In this document: in pieces, positions 1 through 9,008 of the stretch
Layout of the letters: every line of letters starts with the position of its first letter
How positions within the stretch are numbered: the first letter of the stretch is position 1
DNA from: Candidatus Latescibacterota bacterium
Lineage (GTDB): Bacteria > Latescibacterota > UBA2968 > UBA8231
Length of the DNA: 64,000 bases
Direction of reading: 5' to 3'
Assembly: GCA_965206595.1 (NCBI GenBank)
Contig: OZ242214.1
Span: forward strand, 6,989,162-7,053,161
The notes under the pieces: generated by a model
Database searches by the model: none
Told to the model about the DNA's origin: nothing
What the model saw: the letters and a program-made list of their open reading frames with translations, nothing else
Program-made: the position numbers and the translations under genes

Positions 1-1118
1 CGGCGCAGACGGGCGATTTCTTCGGTGCCGTGCTGCGGCCGGGCAACGTGCACGCCCATGAGGGTGCCTCAGAGGCTCTCGGCAAGCGCTTGGACTGGAT
101 TCAGTCGCATCTGGCCCGGCGCCTCATCCTGCGCTTCGACGCGGCCTCGGTGAGCGGGTCTTTCCTGAGTGAGCTGGAAGCGCGGGCCGACACCTCGTAC
201 GTGGCGCGCATCAAGAAGAATGCGCGCCTGGAGGAGCTGGCTCGTGCCTGGGTGGAAGGCTATCAGCAGGAGCTGGCGCAGCACCCGGAAGAGCTGCGGG
301 AAGAGGGTTTTCGCTGTCGCGAGCTGCGTTATCAAGCCAGGTCCTGGGCGCAGCCCCGGCGGGTGGTGTTGGTCCTGGTCCCTTCCGAGACGGAAGAGCT
401 GCCCATCGCCCGCCACTTCTTCCTGATCACCGACCAGAGTCCCCAGACGATGAGCGGCCGCGACCTGGTCGCCTTTTATCGTCAGCGCGGCCTTTTCGAG
501 CGCATGCTCGGCGAGTTGAGCTCCACCCTCCAGCCTCAGCTCTCCTCTACCACCCGTCGCAAGCAACACTACCGGGGTCGAGAGCCGCGTCAGCGCACCC
601 CGTCCCGGGATGCCTTCGCTGCCAACCAGGCGCTTCTGACCTTGAACCTGCTGGCCTACAACCTGCTTCACCTGGGCCGCCAGGCCGCCGAACGCGCCGA
701 GGCCCGACGCGGGCGGCCCCGCACATACGGACGCTCGACGACGGCCCTGAGCCTGGACAGTTTTCGACGGCGCTACCTGCGCCTGCCGTCCCGCGTCACC
801 TTGCATGGGCGCAGGGTGGGCGTCATCCTGACCCAAGGGACGGCGGCTGCCTGGGATCGTCTGTGGAGATTTCTGGCCACGCTCAAACCGGTGGACGCGG
901 CGATGGCGTAAGCGCAGGCCGGGTCGGTCGGGATGATGGGCTCGCAAAGGCAAGCGTCTTCGAGAAGGCGCGTACAATTTCAACAAGGTCGGTAGAGATA
1001 AGGAGACGGCTCTACCCAAAAAGCCGACTATAGAAGGGACGCAAGCCTCTGAGGCTAAGCAAAGGGGTCTCGGAAGCGCCTATGTCCGCTTATGCGCGGG
1101 TTGAATGAATAACAAAGG
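1..1118 (+). mobile_element. IS1380-family element, right part (left end outside window)
   Basis: IS1380-type transposase followed by a plausible terminus ...TGAATGAATAACAAAGG (to 1118), after which a truncated unrelated gene resumes. Confidence 0.7.
3..911 (+). CDS. IS1380-family transposase (DDE_Tnp_1_4-like), 5'-partial
   Basis: Frame open from 3; motifs LRPGNVH, LRFDA, YRQRGLFERMLGEL, FAANQA..LAYNL. Confidence 0.85.
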   Translation, partial: AQTGDFFGAVLRPGNVHAHEGASEALGKRLDWIQSHLARRLILRFDAASVSGSFLSELEARADTSYVARIKKNARLEELARAWVEGYQQELAQHPEELREEGFRCRELRYQARSWAQPRRVVLVLVPSETEELPIARHFFLITDQSPQTMSGRDLVAFYRQRGLFERMLGELSSTLQPQLSSTTRRKQHYRGREPRQRTPSRDAFAANQALLTLNLLAYNLLHLGRQAAERAEARRGRPRTYGRSTTALSLDSFRRRYLRLPSRVTLHGRRVGVILTQGTAAAWDRLWRFLATLKPVDAAMA

Positions 1119-1120
1119 AG

Positions 1121-1396
1121 TACAACTACTGGCGCACCACGCCCCCGCAGAGGGACTGGGTGGCGGCGCCGGAGTTCGACTTCCGCAGCGCCTGGTACGG
1201 GGGCCACAACGCCGCCCGCTACGCCGCCCACATGTTCTACTGGCTGTGCGGGAAGGGGGAAGAGTACCGCATCATCGGCGGCCAGGGCTGGCCGTGGCGC
1301 ACCGAGAACCAGATCGGCCCCTCCTGGGGGTACGGCCGGACCGAGGGGTACCTGCCGGACTGGCGCGACGGCAACCGCGACGGGTACTCGCGTTAG
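1121..1396 (+). pseudogene. 3' remnant of a gene cut by the IS1380 (possibly PhyH-like C-terminus)
   Basis: Host-like codon usage YNYWRTTPPQRDWV...GYSR* begins right at the IS end with no start codon. Confidence 0.55.
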
Positions 1397-1426
1397 CCGC
1401 CCCTTGGCCGGGGCGCCGGCTCCCGG

Positions 1427-2179
1427 TCAGCCAGCCGGCTCGACGTTGCGCTTCAGCAGTTGCTGCTCCAGCTCCGGCAAGCTCTCCCAGAACTCCCGGC
1501 GCACCGGGTTGTGGTGCCTCAGGCTGATCAGGCGGTACCAGGAGCGCTCGAAGCCGAGCACCGCAACCGGCCGCGGTGTCGCGGTGCGGTTCGGGGTGCC
1601 GCGGTGAAGGCAGCGGGGGTCGCGGATCAGCACGTCCCCGACCTTCATCGGCAGCTCCCGCCGTGCGAACTCGCCGCGGCCGATACCCTCCAGGGCCTGC
1701 GGCCGCGGCATGCGGTGGCTGCCGTCGGCGACCTCGAAAGGGCCGTTCTCGCGGTCGACGTCGACGAAGGAAAAGTTGACGGCGATGAGGGCCGGCGGCG
1801 TCACCAGGTCCGGCTCCTCCGGAAACAGGGAGGGCACGTCGCCGTGCCAGTCCTGAAAGACGCTGCCTTTCGCCGGGGTATCCGTGGCGTACTGAACCAG
1901 CTCGACGTCCTCGCCGAGGAGCTGCCGAACGACCCCGATGATGTCCGGGTCCCCGTGGATCCGCGACTGGTAGAAGGGGGGCTCGAACGGCAGCTGTATG
2001 TAGTGGCGCATCGGGCCGCGGTTGGGATTGGCGCGGATCTCTTCGAGGTGGTCCTCCCAGACCGGGGCGAACGCCGCGGCGACCTCGGCCACCGCGTCTG
2101 CCGGGATCTGGTCCCGCAGGATGGTGTAGCCGGTGCGGCGCACCTCCGCGGCGCGCTCGGCCAGCTGTTCTTCGGTCAT
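1427..2179 (-). CDS. Phytanoyl-CoA dioxygenase (PhyH) family Fe/2OG dioxygenase
   Basis: MTEEQL...GYTIL; QDWHGD (HxD); NGPFEVADGSH; LHRGTPN. Confidence 0.9.
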   Translation of the reverse strand: MTEEQLAERAAEVRRTGYTILRDQIPADAVAEVAAAFAPVWEDHLEEIRANPNRGPMRHYIQLPFEPPFYQSRIHGDPDIIGVVRQLLGEDVELVQYATDTPAKGSVFQDWHGDVPSLFPEEPDLVTPPALIAVNFSFVDVDRENGPFEVADGSHRMPRPQALEGIGRGEFARRELPMKVGDVLIRDPRCLHRGTPNRTATPRPVAVLGFERSWYRLISLRHHNPVRREFWESLPELEQQLLKRNVEPAG

Positions 2180-2268
2180 CTCCGATATTCCCGGAAGTGG
2201 CCGGACCCGCGGTCCCCTTGGTCCCTGTCGCGATCCCCTGGTCCCCGGAGCTCCCGCCAGCAGCCCGG

Positions 2269-3429
2269 CTACCGCTCGGCGACCACCAGCGACTGGTACT
2301 TCTCCTCGTCCCATTCCGCCCCCCAGCCCGGCAGGTCCGTGGGAGCGAGGCAGCCGTCCTCGACCAGCGGCGCGTTCATCATCCCCCAGGTCTCGCCCTG
2401 TTTTCTCAGGGCGTCCGCGTCGAGGCTCATGTACTCGTAGTAGGTGGTGTTGTCGATGCAGCAGCCCAGGGTCGCGTGGATGTGGCCGTAGACCCCGCCG
2501 GTGGCGTTCATCTCGACGGTGGTGTCGTACATCTCGGCGAAGTGGGCCATCTTGAGCACGAGGGTGGTGCCGTGGCGGGCGTTGGCGCGCAGCAGGTCGG
2601 TTCCCCCCTGGATCAGCCACTGCGTCGAGATCCCTATGTCGTGCATCAGCATCTCCGTCCCCATCACCGGAACCGTCAGCTCGCGGCACAGCTCCTGGTA
2701 CTGGTTGAGCTTCTGCTCGTGGAACGGCTCTTCCAGCCAGATGAAGTCCAGCTCCTCCATGACGTGGCCGACCTCGATCGCCTCGCGCAGGTCGTAGGAG
2801 CAGACCGGGTCGTTGAGCAGCTGGTAGTCCGGTCCGACGGCGTCGCGCACCTCGCGGAAGATCGGTATGTCGTACTTGCCCCCCTTGTAGGTGTGAAACT
2901 TGTAGGCGTCGATGCCGATCTTCCTGCCCGCCTCGATCTGGTGGAAGTATCCCTGCAGGTCCATGTCCCCGCCGGTGAGATAGCAGGGAATGCGCTCCCG
3001 CACCCTGCCGATGAGGGCGTGCACCGGCAACCCCGCGGCCCTGCCGGCGATGTCCCACAGGCAGTTGTCGAAGTCGCCGAACCAGCCCGGTTTCTGGTAC
3101 ACCCAGCGCGTCCCCTTGTGGAACATCTGGTAAAGGCGCTCGCGGTGCAGGGGGTCCTCCCCGAGGGCCATCGAGTTGACGATGCCGAGGTGGTAGCCGT
3201 CCATGGTCGACACCGGCACGCGGCCGGTGATCCCCTCGTCGGTGCGCACCTCGAGGAAGGTCTCGCGCGGCTTCGACGGCGGCGTCTCGACCGGAATCCG
3301 CTCCGGGTCGTGGCCGGCGCGGTACTGGATGCGCCGCAGTCCGGGGACCTGCACGAGCTGCGGCATGCGGCCGGGGCCGCCCCCTTCGGGCAGCTCCAGG
3401 GTGACCATCTTGATCTCGGTGATTTTCAT
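2269..3429 (-). CDS. Enolase superfamily, mandelate racemase/muconate lactonizing-like dehydratase
   Basis: DNCLWDIAGRAAGLPVHALIG, YKFH, LLNDP, WLEEP, PGWG. Confidence 0.9.
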   Translation of the reverse strand: MKITEIKMVTLELPEGGGPGRMPQLVQVPGLRRIQYRAGHDPERIPVETPPSKPRETFLEVRTDEGITGRVPVSTMDGYHLGIVNSMALGEDPLHRERLYQMFHKGTRWVYQKPGWFGDFDNCLWDIAGRAAGLPVHALIGRVRERIPCYLTGGDMDLQGYFHQIEAGRKIGIDAYKFHTYKGGKYDIPIFREVRDAVGPDYQLLNDPVCSYDLREAIEVGHVMEELDFIWLEEPFHEQKLNQYQELCRELTVPVMGTEMLMHDIGISTQWLIQGGTDLLRANARHGTTLVLKMAHFAEMYDTTVEMNATGGVYGHIHATLGCCIDNTTYYEYMSLDADALRKQGETWGMMNAPLVEDGCLAPTDLPGWGAEWDEEKYQSLVVAER

Positions 3430-3533
3430 TGTCTCGTCCTGTGGAAGAAGGGTCGGTTGGGTATATTGAGCATCGCTTCTATCCGCTCGTCAATTTTCCA
3501 CAGCCAGTTCCATGCGATCGACCGGAGAAACCG

Positions 3534-3930
3534 ATGCCCTCAGTGCGCCACATCGCCCTGCGCTGCCGCGACTGCCGAGGTCACGCGGCGCTTCTACGCC
3601 GAAGTGCCGGGCATGCGCTTCGTCGACTACCGGGGCAGCGGCCCGGCCCTCGACATGAGCGATGGCTACTTCAACCTGACCCTGCTGCCCCACGACGGGG
3701 AGCGGCCCCCCGTGGTCGAGGGGGAGGAGTACATCCACTTCGGCCTGGTCGTCGACGACCTGCAGGAAACCTGGCGGCGGGTGCGCGCCTGGGGGGCGGA
3801 TGCACCGAAGACGGTGAAGGGCCGCGTGGCGATCAGCACCGACGAGCCGCCCTCGGTCGCCTTCAAGGCCTGTGATCCCGACGGCAACGTGCTCGACCTA
3901 ACCAGCGACGAAGGGGAGTGGAAGATTTAG
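3534..3930 (+). pseudogene. VOC/glyoxalase family protein, frameshifted
   Basis: RBS GGAG + MPSVRHIALRCRD in one frame continues as AEVTRRFY...IHFGLVVDD...DPDGNVLDL in the next frame (shift ~3572). Confidence 0.75.
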
Positions 3931-4138
3931 CCGACCGCTTCCGGGCAAGGTTCCCCGGTTGAATCCGCGCTGCGGCTGTAGAGGGGGCGCCCCTGCGAAC
4001 GGAAAGGGGTGGTTCCCGGCGGCCGGCCGGTCCTGAGAGCCTGCGCAGGCAGCTCCGCGTGAATTCGGTCGCCGCTGAATCGGCTCCCCGGAGGACGCCC
4101 CTCCGACCCGGCAGGACTGATCCACCGGGCTGACAGGG

Positions 4139-5191
4139 CTACTCCCCGACCTCCACCCCCAGCTTCTTCGCGGTCGCGACCACGCTCTCCCAGACGTCGT
4201 CGGCAACCGGTATCCCGATCCGCTCCCGCTCCGCCTGCGCCCGCGCCTCCGGGTCGCCGGGAGCCAGCACTTCGCTGTGTCCCGGGGCCGGCGCCACCTT
4301 GCGCAGGCGTTCCGCCATCTCCGCGGCGCCCGCCTGAAACTCCTCCAGCGGCCGGAACAGGTCCGCCCTGATCGCCAGGATGGTGGTGCCGTGATGGCGC
4401 AAGATGTCGGTGCTGCGGTGGTCCTCGGCGTACGTGTCGCTGCCGGTCAGGATGCGGCCGAGGTACTCGACCGCGACGTTCAGCGCGTACCCCTTGTGCC
4501 CGGCGAACGGCAGCTGGGCGCCCCCTTCCTCGAAAGCCCGGGGATCGGTGGTCGGCCGGCCCTCCCGGTCGACCATGCACCCGGGCGGCAGCTGCTCCCC
4601 GCGGCGGCTCGCGTTCAAAACCTTCACCCCCGATATCGCCGTCGTCGCGAAGTCGAACATCACCGGATCCGCGTCTTCCCCCGCGGGGAAGCCCATGGCG
4701 ACCGGGTTGGTGCTCAGCACCCGCTCGCGCCCGCCGAAGGGGGCGGCCACCGGCACGATCTCGGAAAACCCTCCGGCGACGACGATGCCGACGCATCCCT
4801 TCGCCGCGGCCATCTCGACGAAGTGGCCGACGCGCCCGATGTGATTGCAGCGCACCGTGCCGACGGCCGCCATTCCCTGGCCGAGGGCCTTCTCCACGGC
4901 GATTTCCGTGGCGACCATGGCGGTGGTCTGCCCGAAGGTCCAGTTGCCGTCGACGAGCGCGGAGACCGCGGTCTCGCGGATGACCTCCGGCCAGTTCGCC
5001 GGCAGCAGCTGCTCCGCGAGGATCTGATCGACGTAGAGCGGCAGGTGCCAGATGCCGTGGGTGTCGACGCCGCGCAGGTTGGACCGCACCTGGTGGTCGG
5101 CGAGACAGGAGGCGTTGCGCCCGTCCGCCCCGGCGGCGATGCAGATATCGAAAACCAGCTTGTGCAGCTTGTCAGCGGCTATGACGTGCAT
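4139..5191 (-). CDS. Ldh_2 family (malate/L-lactate/ureidoglycolate-type) oxidoreductase
   Basis: RGVDTHG, VDGNWTFGQ, NHIGR, STNPVAMGFP, DFATT, GHKGYAL. Confidence 0.9.
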   Translation of the reverse strand: MHVIAADKLHKLVFDICIAAGADGRNASCLADHQVRSNLRGVDTHGIWHLPLYVDQILAEQLLPANWPEVIRETAVSALVDGNWTFGQTTAMVATEIAVEKALGQGMAAVGTVRCNHIGRVGHFVEMAAAKGCVGIVVAGGFSEIVPVAAPFGGRERVLSTNPVAMGFPAGEDADPVMFDFATTAISGVKVLNASRRGEQLPPGCMVDREGRPTTDPRAFEEGGAQLPFAGHKGYALNVAVEYLGRILTGSDTYAEDHRSTDILRHHGTTILAIRADLFRPLEEFQAGAAEMAERLRKVAPAPGHSEVLAPGDPEARAQAERERIGIPVADDVWESVVATAKKLGVEVGE

Positions 5192-5481
5192 CCGGTGTCT
5201 CTCTCTTTCTTTCAGGGGGGCGTGCAGAAGGGAACCGGGTGGTTTCACCGGAGGGGCTCAGCGGATTCGATGCGAGGCCGGCGCGGCCTCATGGCGAACT
5301 CCCTTCTGCCGCCTCACCTCCGCATTGACGCCGCCCGGGGTCATCCTATGTTCGACCCGGCTCCGGCCCGTTGAAGGCCTCCCCGGTTTCTTCAACATGC
5401 CCCGACGCGTTTTCGCAAAAGTCCATCCGGGCTGCGGCCTCCTGCAGATCAACTTTATCGACGCTGGCAAGGAGTGAAGGC

Positions 5482-6510
5482 ATGAAACTCAACGAGCGGC
5501 AAGCGATCGGCAAACTCGGCCTGGAGGTGACCCGCATGGGGTTCGGCGGGGCCCCCTTCGGCAACCTCTTCAACCCGATTTCCGAGGAGGACGTCGCCGA
5601 CTGCCTCGAGGCGGCGTACGGCGCCGGTGTCCGCTACTTCGACACCGCTCCCCTCTACGGCTTCGGGCTCAGCGAGAGCCGTTACGGCACCCACCTGGCC
5701 CGCCGCCGGGAGGAGATCGTCCTTTCGACCAAGGTCGGCTACTCCCTTGTGCCGCGACAAAGCGGCGATCCCGAGGACGGCTTCTTCGTCGACCACCCGC
5801 CGCTGAAATCGGTTTTCGACTACTCCGCCGAGGCCGTCAAGCGCTCCCTCGGAGAAAGCCTCGAGCGCCTCCGCACCGACCGCATCGACATCGTCTTCAT
5901 CCACGACCCGGACGAAGGGATCAGCCTGCAGCCCGGCTTCGATCCCTACGCCGTCAGCCACTTCCGGGAGGCGATGGAGGAGACCTACCCGGTGCTCGAC
6001 GAGCTGCGCTCCCAGGGGGTGATCAAGGCGGTCGGCGCCGGCATGAACCAGTGGCAGGTCCTGGCCGACTTCGCGCGCGCCGGCGATTTCGACTGCTTCC
6101 TGCTCGCCGGGCGCTACACCCTGCTGGAGCAGACGTCGCTGGAGGGGCTGCTGCCGCTCTGCGAGGAGAAAGGGGTGCGCATCGTCATCGGCGGCCCCTA
6201 CAACTCGGGGGTCCTCGCTACCGGCGTGGTCGAAGGGGCGTACTACAACTACGCTCCCGCCCCGCTCCACATCCTCGGCCTCGTCGCCCGCATCGAGGCG
6301 GTCTGCGCACGGCACGGGGTGCGGCTGCCCGCCGCGGCCCTGCAGTTCCCGCTGGCGCACCCGGCCGTCGCCTGCGTCATCCCCGGCGGGCGCACCCGCG
6401 CCGAAACCGAGGCCAACGCCGCCCTGCTCGAGGAGGAGATCCCGGCGGCGTTCTGGTCCGAGCTGCAGGAGCGGGGACTGGTGGACCCGGCCGCGCCGCT
6501 GCCCTCCTGA
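5482..6510 (+). CDS. Aldo/keto reductase (D-threo-aldose 1-dehydrogenase-like)
   Basis: GFGGAPFGNL, FDTAPLYGFGLSE, STKVG, IHDPD, LLAGRYTLLEQ. Confidence 0.9.
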   Translation: MKLNERQAIGKLGLEVTRMGFGGAPFGNLFNPISEEDVADCLEAAYGAGVRYFDTAPLYGFGLSESRYGTHLARRREEIVLSTKVGYSLVPRQSGDPEDGFFVDHPPLKSVFDYSAEAVKRSLGESLERLRTDRIDIVFIHDPDEGISLQPGFDPYAVSHFREAMEETYPVLDELRSQGVIKAVGAGMNQWQVLADFARAGDFDCFLLAGRYTLLEQTSLEGLLPLCEEKGVRIVIGGPYNSGVLATGVVEGAYYNYAPAPLHILGLVARIEAVCARHGVRLPAAALQFPLAHPAVACVIPGGRTRAETEANAALLEEEIPAAFWSELQERGLVDPAAPLPS

Positions 6511-6817
6511 GCGGAGGAGGGCCGCCGCCCCGGAAAAACCCCTTCCCCTCGCCGCAGAGGCCGTCAGCAGGCCCGGTGAAGCCGCGGCGCCGATCAGGCG
6601 GAGGACCCGTCGAGAGAAACCGAATCGCGCGCCCCGCGGCCGGCCCGGTGGAAGTGAGTGCGGCGATCCGGCCGGAGACCCGGAGGAAAGCACGGGATCA
6701 CGTTCCGCCGGGGGGCCGCATACGACCTTCTGCCGCTGCCGCTGCAAAACCGCGTTATCTTTCCACCGACGCTGCCCGAACCTGACACAACCGCACGACC
6801 AACCCACGGAAGCCGCC

Positions 6818-8137
6818 ATGACCGTCGAAGCCCTCAAGAGCCTTGATCTCCGCCGGGAGGCCGCCCGCTACATGCCGGGCGGCGTCGGCGCCGCCGGCCG
6901 CATCAACTCCTGCCTCGGCTACGCCCTGCACATCCAGTCCGCCGAAGGCTGCCGCATCCGCGACGTCGACGGCGACGAGTACATCGACTTCAACCTCGCC
7001 CACGGCGCCGCCTTCCTGGGATACAACCACCCGGCGACGAAACAGGCGATGGAGTCGGTTCTCGAAGCCGGCATCCTGTGCGGGTACGAAACCGAGGCCC
7101 ACGTAGAGCTGGCCCGCCGCATCACCGAGATCATCCCCTGCGCCGAGGCGGTTCGCTACGGCAACACCGGCTCCGAGGGAACGATGATCTGCGTGCGCCT
7201 GGCCCGCGCCCACACCGGCAGACCGAAGATCCTGAAGTTCTGGGGGCACTTTCACGGGCTCTACGACTACGTGATGTACAACTCCCACTCGCCGCTCACC
7301 CCCGTAGAGCCCGGCAGCATCATACCGCCGCAGCGGGAATCGGCCGGCATGCCGGAGGTGCTCGACGACCTCGTCGTCGTCGTCCCGTGGAAGGACGAGG
7401 CCGCTCTCGAGCGCGCCATGGAGAAGCACGGGGACGAGATCGGCGGCATCATCATGGAGCCCATCAACTACAACCAGGGCTGCATCACCGCCGATGCCGG
7501 GTACATGCGCTTCGTCCGCGAGCGGGCAACGGCCAGCGGCAGTGTCCTCATCTACGACGAGACCCTGTCGGCCTTCCGCACCGGACCGGGCTGCGCCCAG
7601 GGGTACTACGGCGTCACCCCCGACCTCTGCGTGCTCGGCAAGGCGGTCGCCAACGGCGGCGCCGTGGTCGTAGTCGCAGGCAAGGCCGAGATAATGAACC
7701 AGGTGAATCCGCACGGGGAGGTTTGCCAGAGCGGGACCTTCACCGGCAACCCGCCGGCGATCAACTGCGCCCTCGCTTCCGTGAACGAGATCACCAGCTT
7801 CGGTTTTTACGACCACATCGAAATGACCTCGCAACGGTTGTATACAGGGATGACGGAGATCTTCGACCGTGCAGGGGTTCCCGCCCGCGTGCAGGGCCTG
7901 GGCGCCCGCTTCGGAATCTTCTTCGGATTCACCGATCCGGTGGAACGCTTCGACGACACCCTGAAGCGGGACCGCGAAACGGGCACGCGTTTCATCCGCG
8001 CCTGCGCCGACAGCGGCGTCTACTTCCACGACTACGGCGACCTGGTCGCCGGGCATCACGGCGTTTCGGCCTCGCACTCCCTCGCCGACATCGACGAAGC
8101 CCTCAACCGCATCGAGAGCGCCGTCGCCATCATGTAG
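6818..8137 (+). CDS. Class III PLP aminotransferase (GSA aminomutase-like)
   Basis: DVDGDEYIDF, NTGSEGT, FHG, IMEP, LIYDE, GKAVANG, SGTFTGNP. Confidence 0.88.
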   Translation: MTVEALKSLDLRREAARYMPGGVGAAGRINSCLGYALHIQSAEGCRIRDVDGDEYIDFNLAHGAAFLGYNHPATKQAMESVLEAGILCGYETEAHVELARRITEIIPCAEAVRYGNTGSEGTMICVRLARAHTGRPKILKFWGHFHGLYDYVMYNSHSPLTPVEPGSIIPPQRESAGMPEVLDDLVVVVPWKDEAALERAMEKHGDEIGGIIMEPINYNQGCITADAGYMRFVRERATASGSVLIYDETLSAFRTGPGCAQGYYGVTPDLCVLGKAVANGGAVVVVAGKAEIMNQVNPHGEVCQSGTFTGNPPAINCALASVNEITSFGFYDHIEMTSQRLYTGMTEIFDRAGVPARVQGLGARFGIFFGFTDPVERFDDTLKRDRETGTRFIRACADSGVYFHDYGDLVAGHHGVSASHSLADIDEALNRIESAVAIM

Positions 8138-8387
8138 GACAACCGCTCCGGATCGCCCGATCCGTGGGCAGCGGTACTTCCGGTCGCTCTCCTTCCACCT
8201 GCCGGGGCATTCCCGGGGTTTCACGGTGGAAAACATGGCCCCATTGTTTCCATGGGTGCCGAATTCGCCGTTCCTACTTATATTTCCAAAATCAGCCGCT
8301 TTTGTGTGCCGGATTGGCCTACGCTTATGTGTTTGTCAAATTCGCCATTAAACCAACTGCAAACTCTTAATTTAAGGAAGGAGCTTC

Positions 8388-8819
8388 ATGCCTGACCTAG
8401 GTAGAACACTCAGGGAAGAAATGTCGCGGGTGGCCGCCAGAGAACTGCGAGCCGCCCTGAACCCGTTGAACGAACAAATCCGCAGCCTGGAGCGGGAAGT
8501 GTCCGCGCTCAGCTCGCAGATTGCCGGCACGCGGAAGCCGGCCCCCAAACCTTCCGGGAACTCCCCCGGGGACGCCAAGCCCGCCGCCAAGAACGAGACC
8601 GCCGCGGTCAGGGTTACCCCGGCATCGATCAAGAAGCATCGCAAGCGGCTGCGCCTGTCCCAGGCCCAGATGGGCAAGCTGCTCGGAGTCAGTGCCATAA
8701 CGATATTGAACTGGGAGCAGGGCAAGTCGAAACCGCGCGCGGCCAACAGGGATGCGATCGCCGAGCTGCGCACCATGAAACTGAAAGACGCCGAGCTGAT
8801 GCTCGAGAGCATGGGCTAA
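8388..8819 (+). CDS. XRE-family helix-turn-helix protein with N-terminal coiled coil
   Basis: RBS AAGGAG; IKKHRKRLRLSQAQMGKLLGVSAITILNWEQGKSKP. Confidence 0.85.
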   Translation: MPDLGRTLREEMSRVAARELRAALNPLNEQIRSLEREVSALSSQIAGTRKPAPKPSGNSPGDAKPAAKNETAAVRVTPASIKKHRKRLRLSQAQMGKLLGVSAITILNWEQGKSKPRAANRDAIAELRTMKLKDAELMLESMG

Positions 8820-8874
8820 AGGCGCTGCACGCCGACAAACAGAAACACCGCGCGGCTGACTCTTCAGGTGTTCT

Positions 8875-8917
8875 GTAGTGAAGTCGGGTGGTGGCCGAGG
8901 CCCCACCCGACTTCACT
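8875..8917. repeat. 15-bp perfect inverted repeat starting within GTAG (REP-like / bidirectional terminator)
   Basis: AGTGAAGTCGGGTGG (8877-8891) and CCACCCGACTTCACT (8903-8917) between convergent genes. Confidence 0.6.
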
Positions 8918-9008
8918 CCTCGTTCTGCCGGACCCGGAAGTGTCCTCGCTCAGCCCCCCTCGCTTCAGCCCTGCACAACCGCGGAACCCCCAGCGGCGCA
9001 ACAGTCCT

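Noticed and set aside
3931-4138. Riboswitch or ncRNA in GC-rich intergenic DNA
   Set aside because: Lies between convergent 3' ends and shows no recognisable conserved motif
6818-8137. Calling this gene hemL
   Set aside because: GSA-aminomutase-like but lacks the usual PGGVNSPVRAF signature and has no heme context
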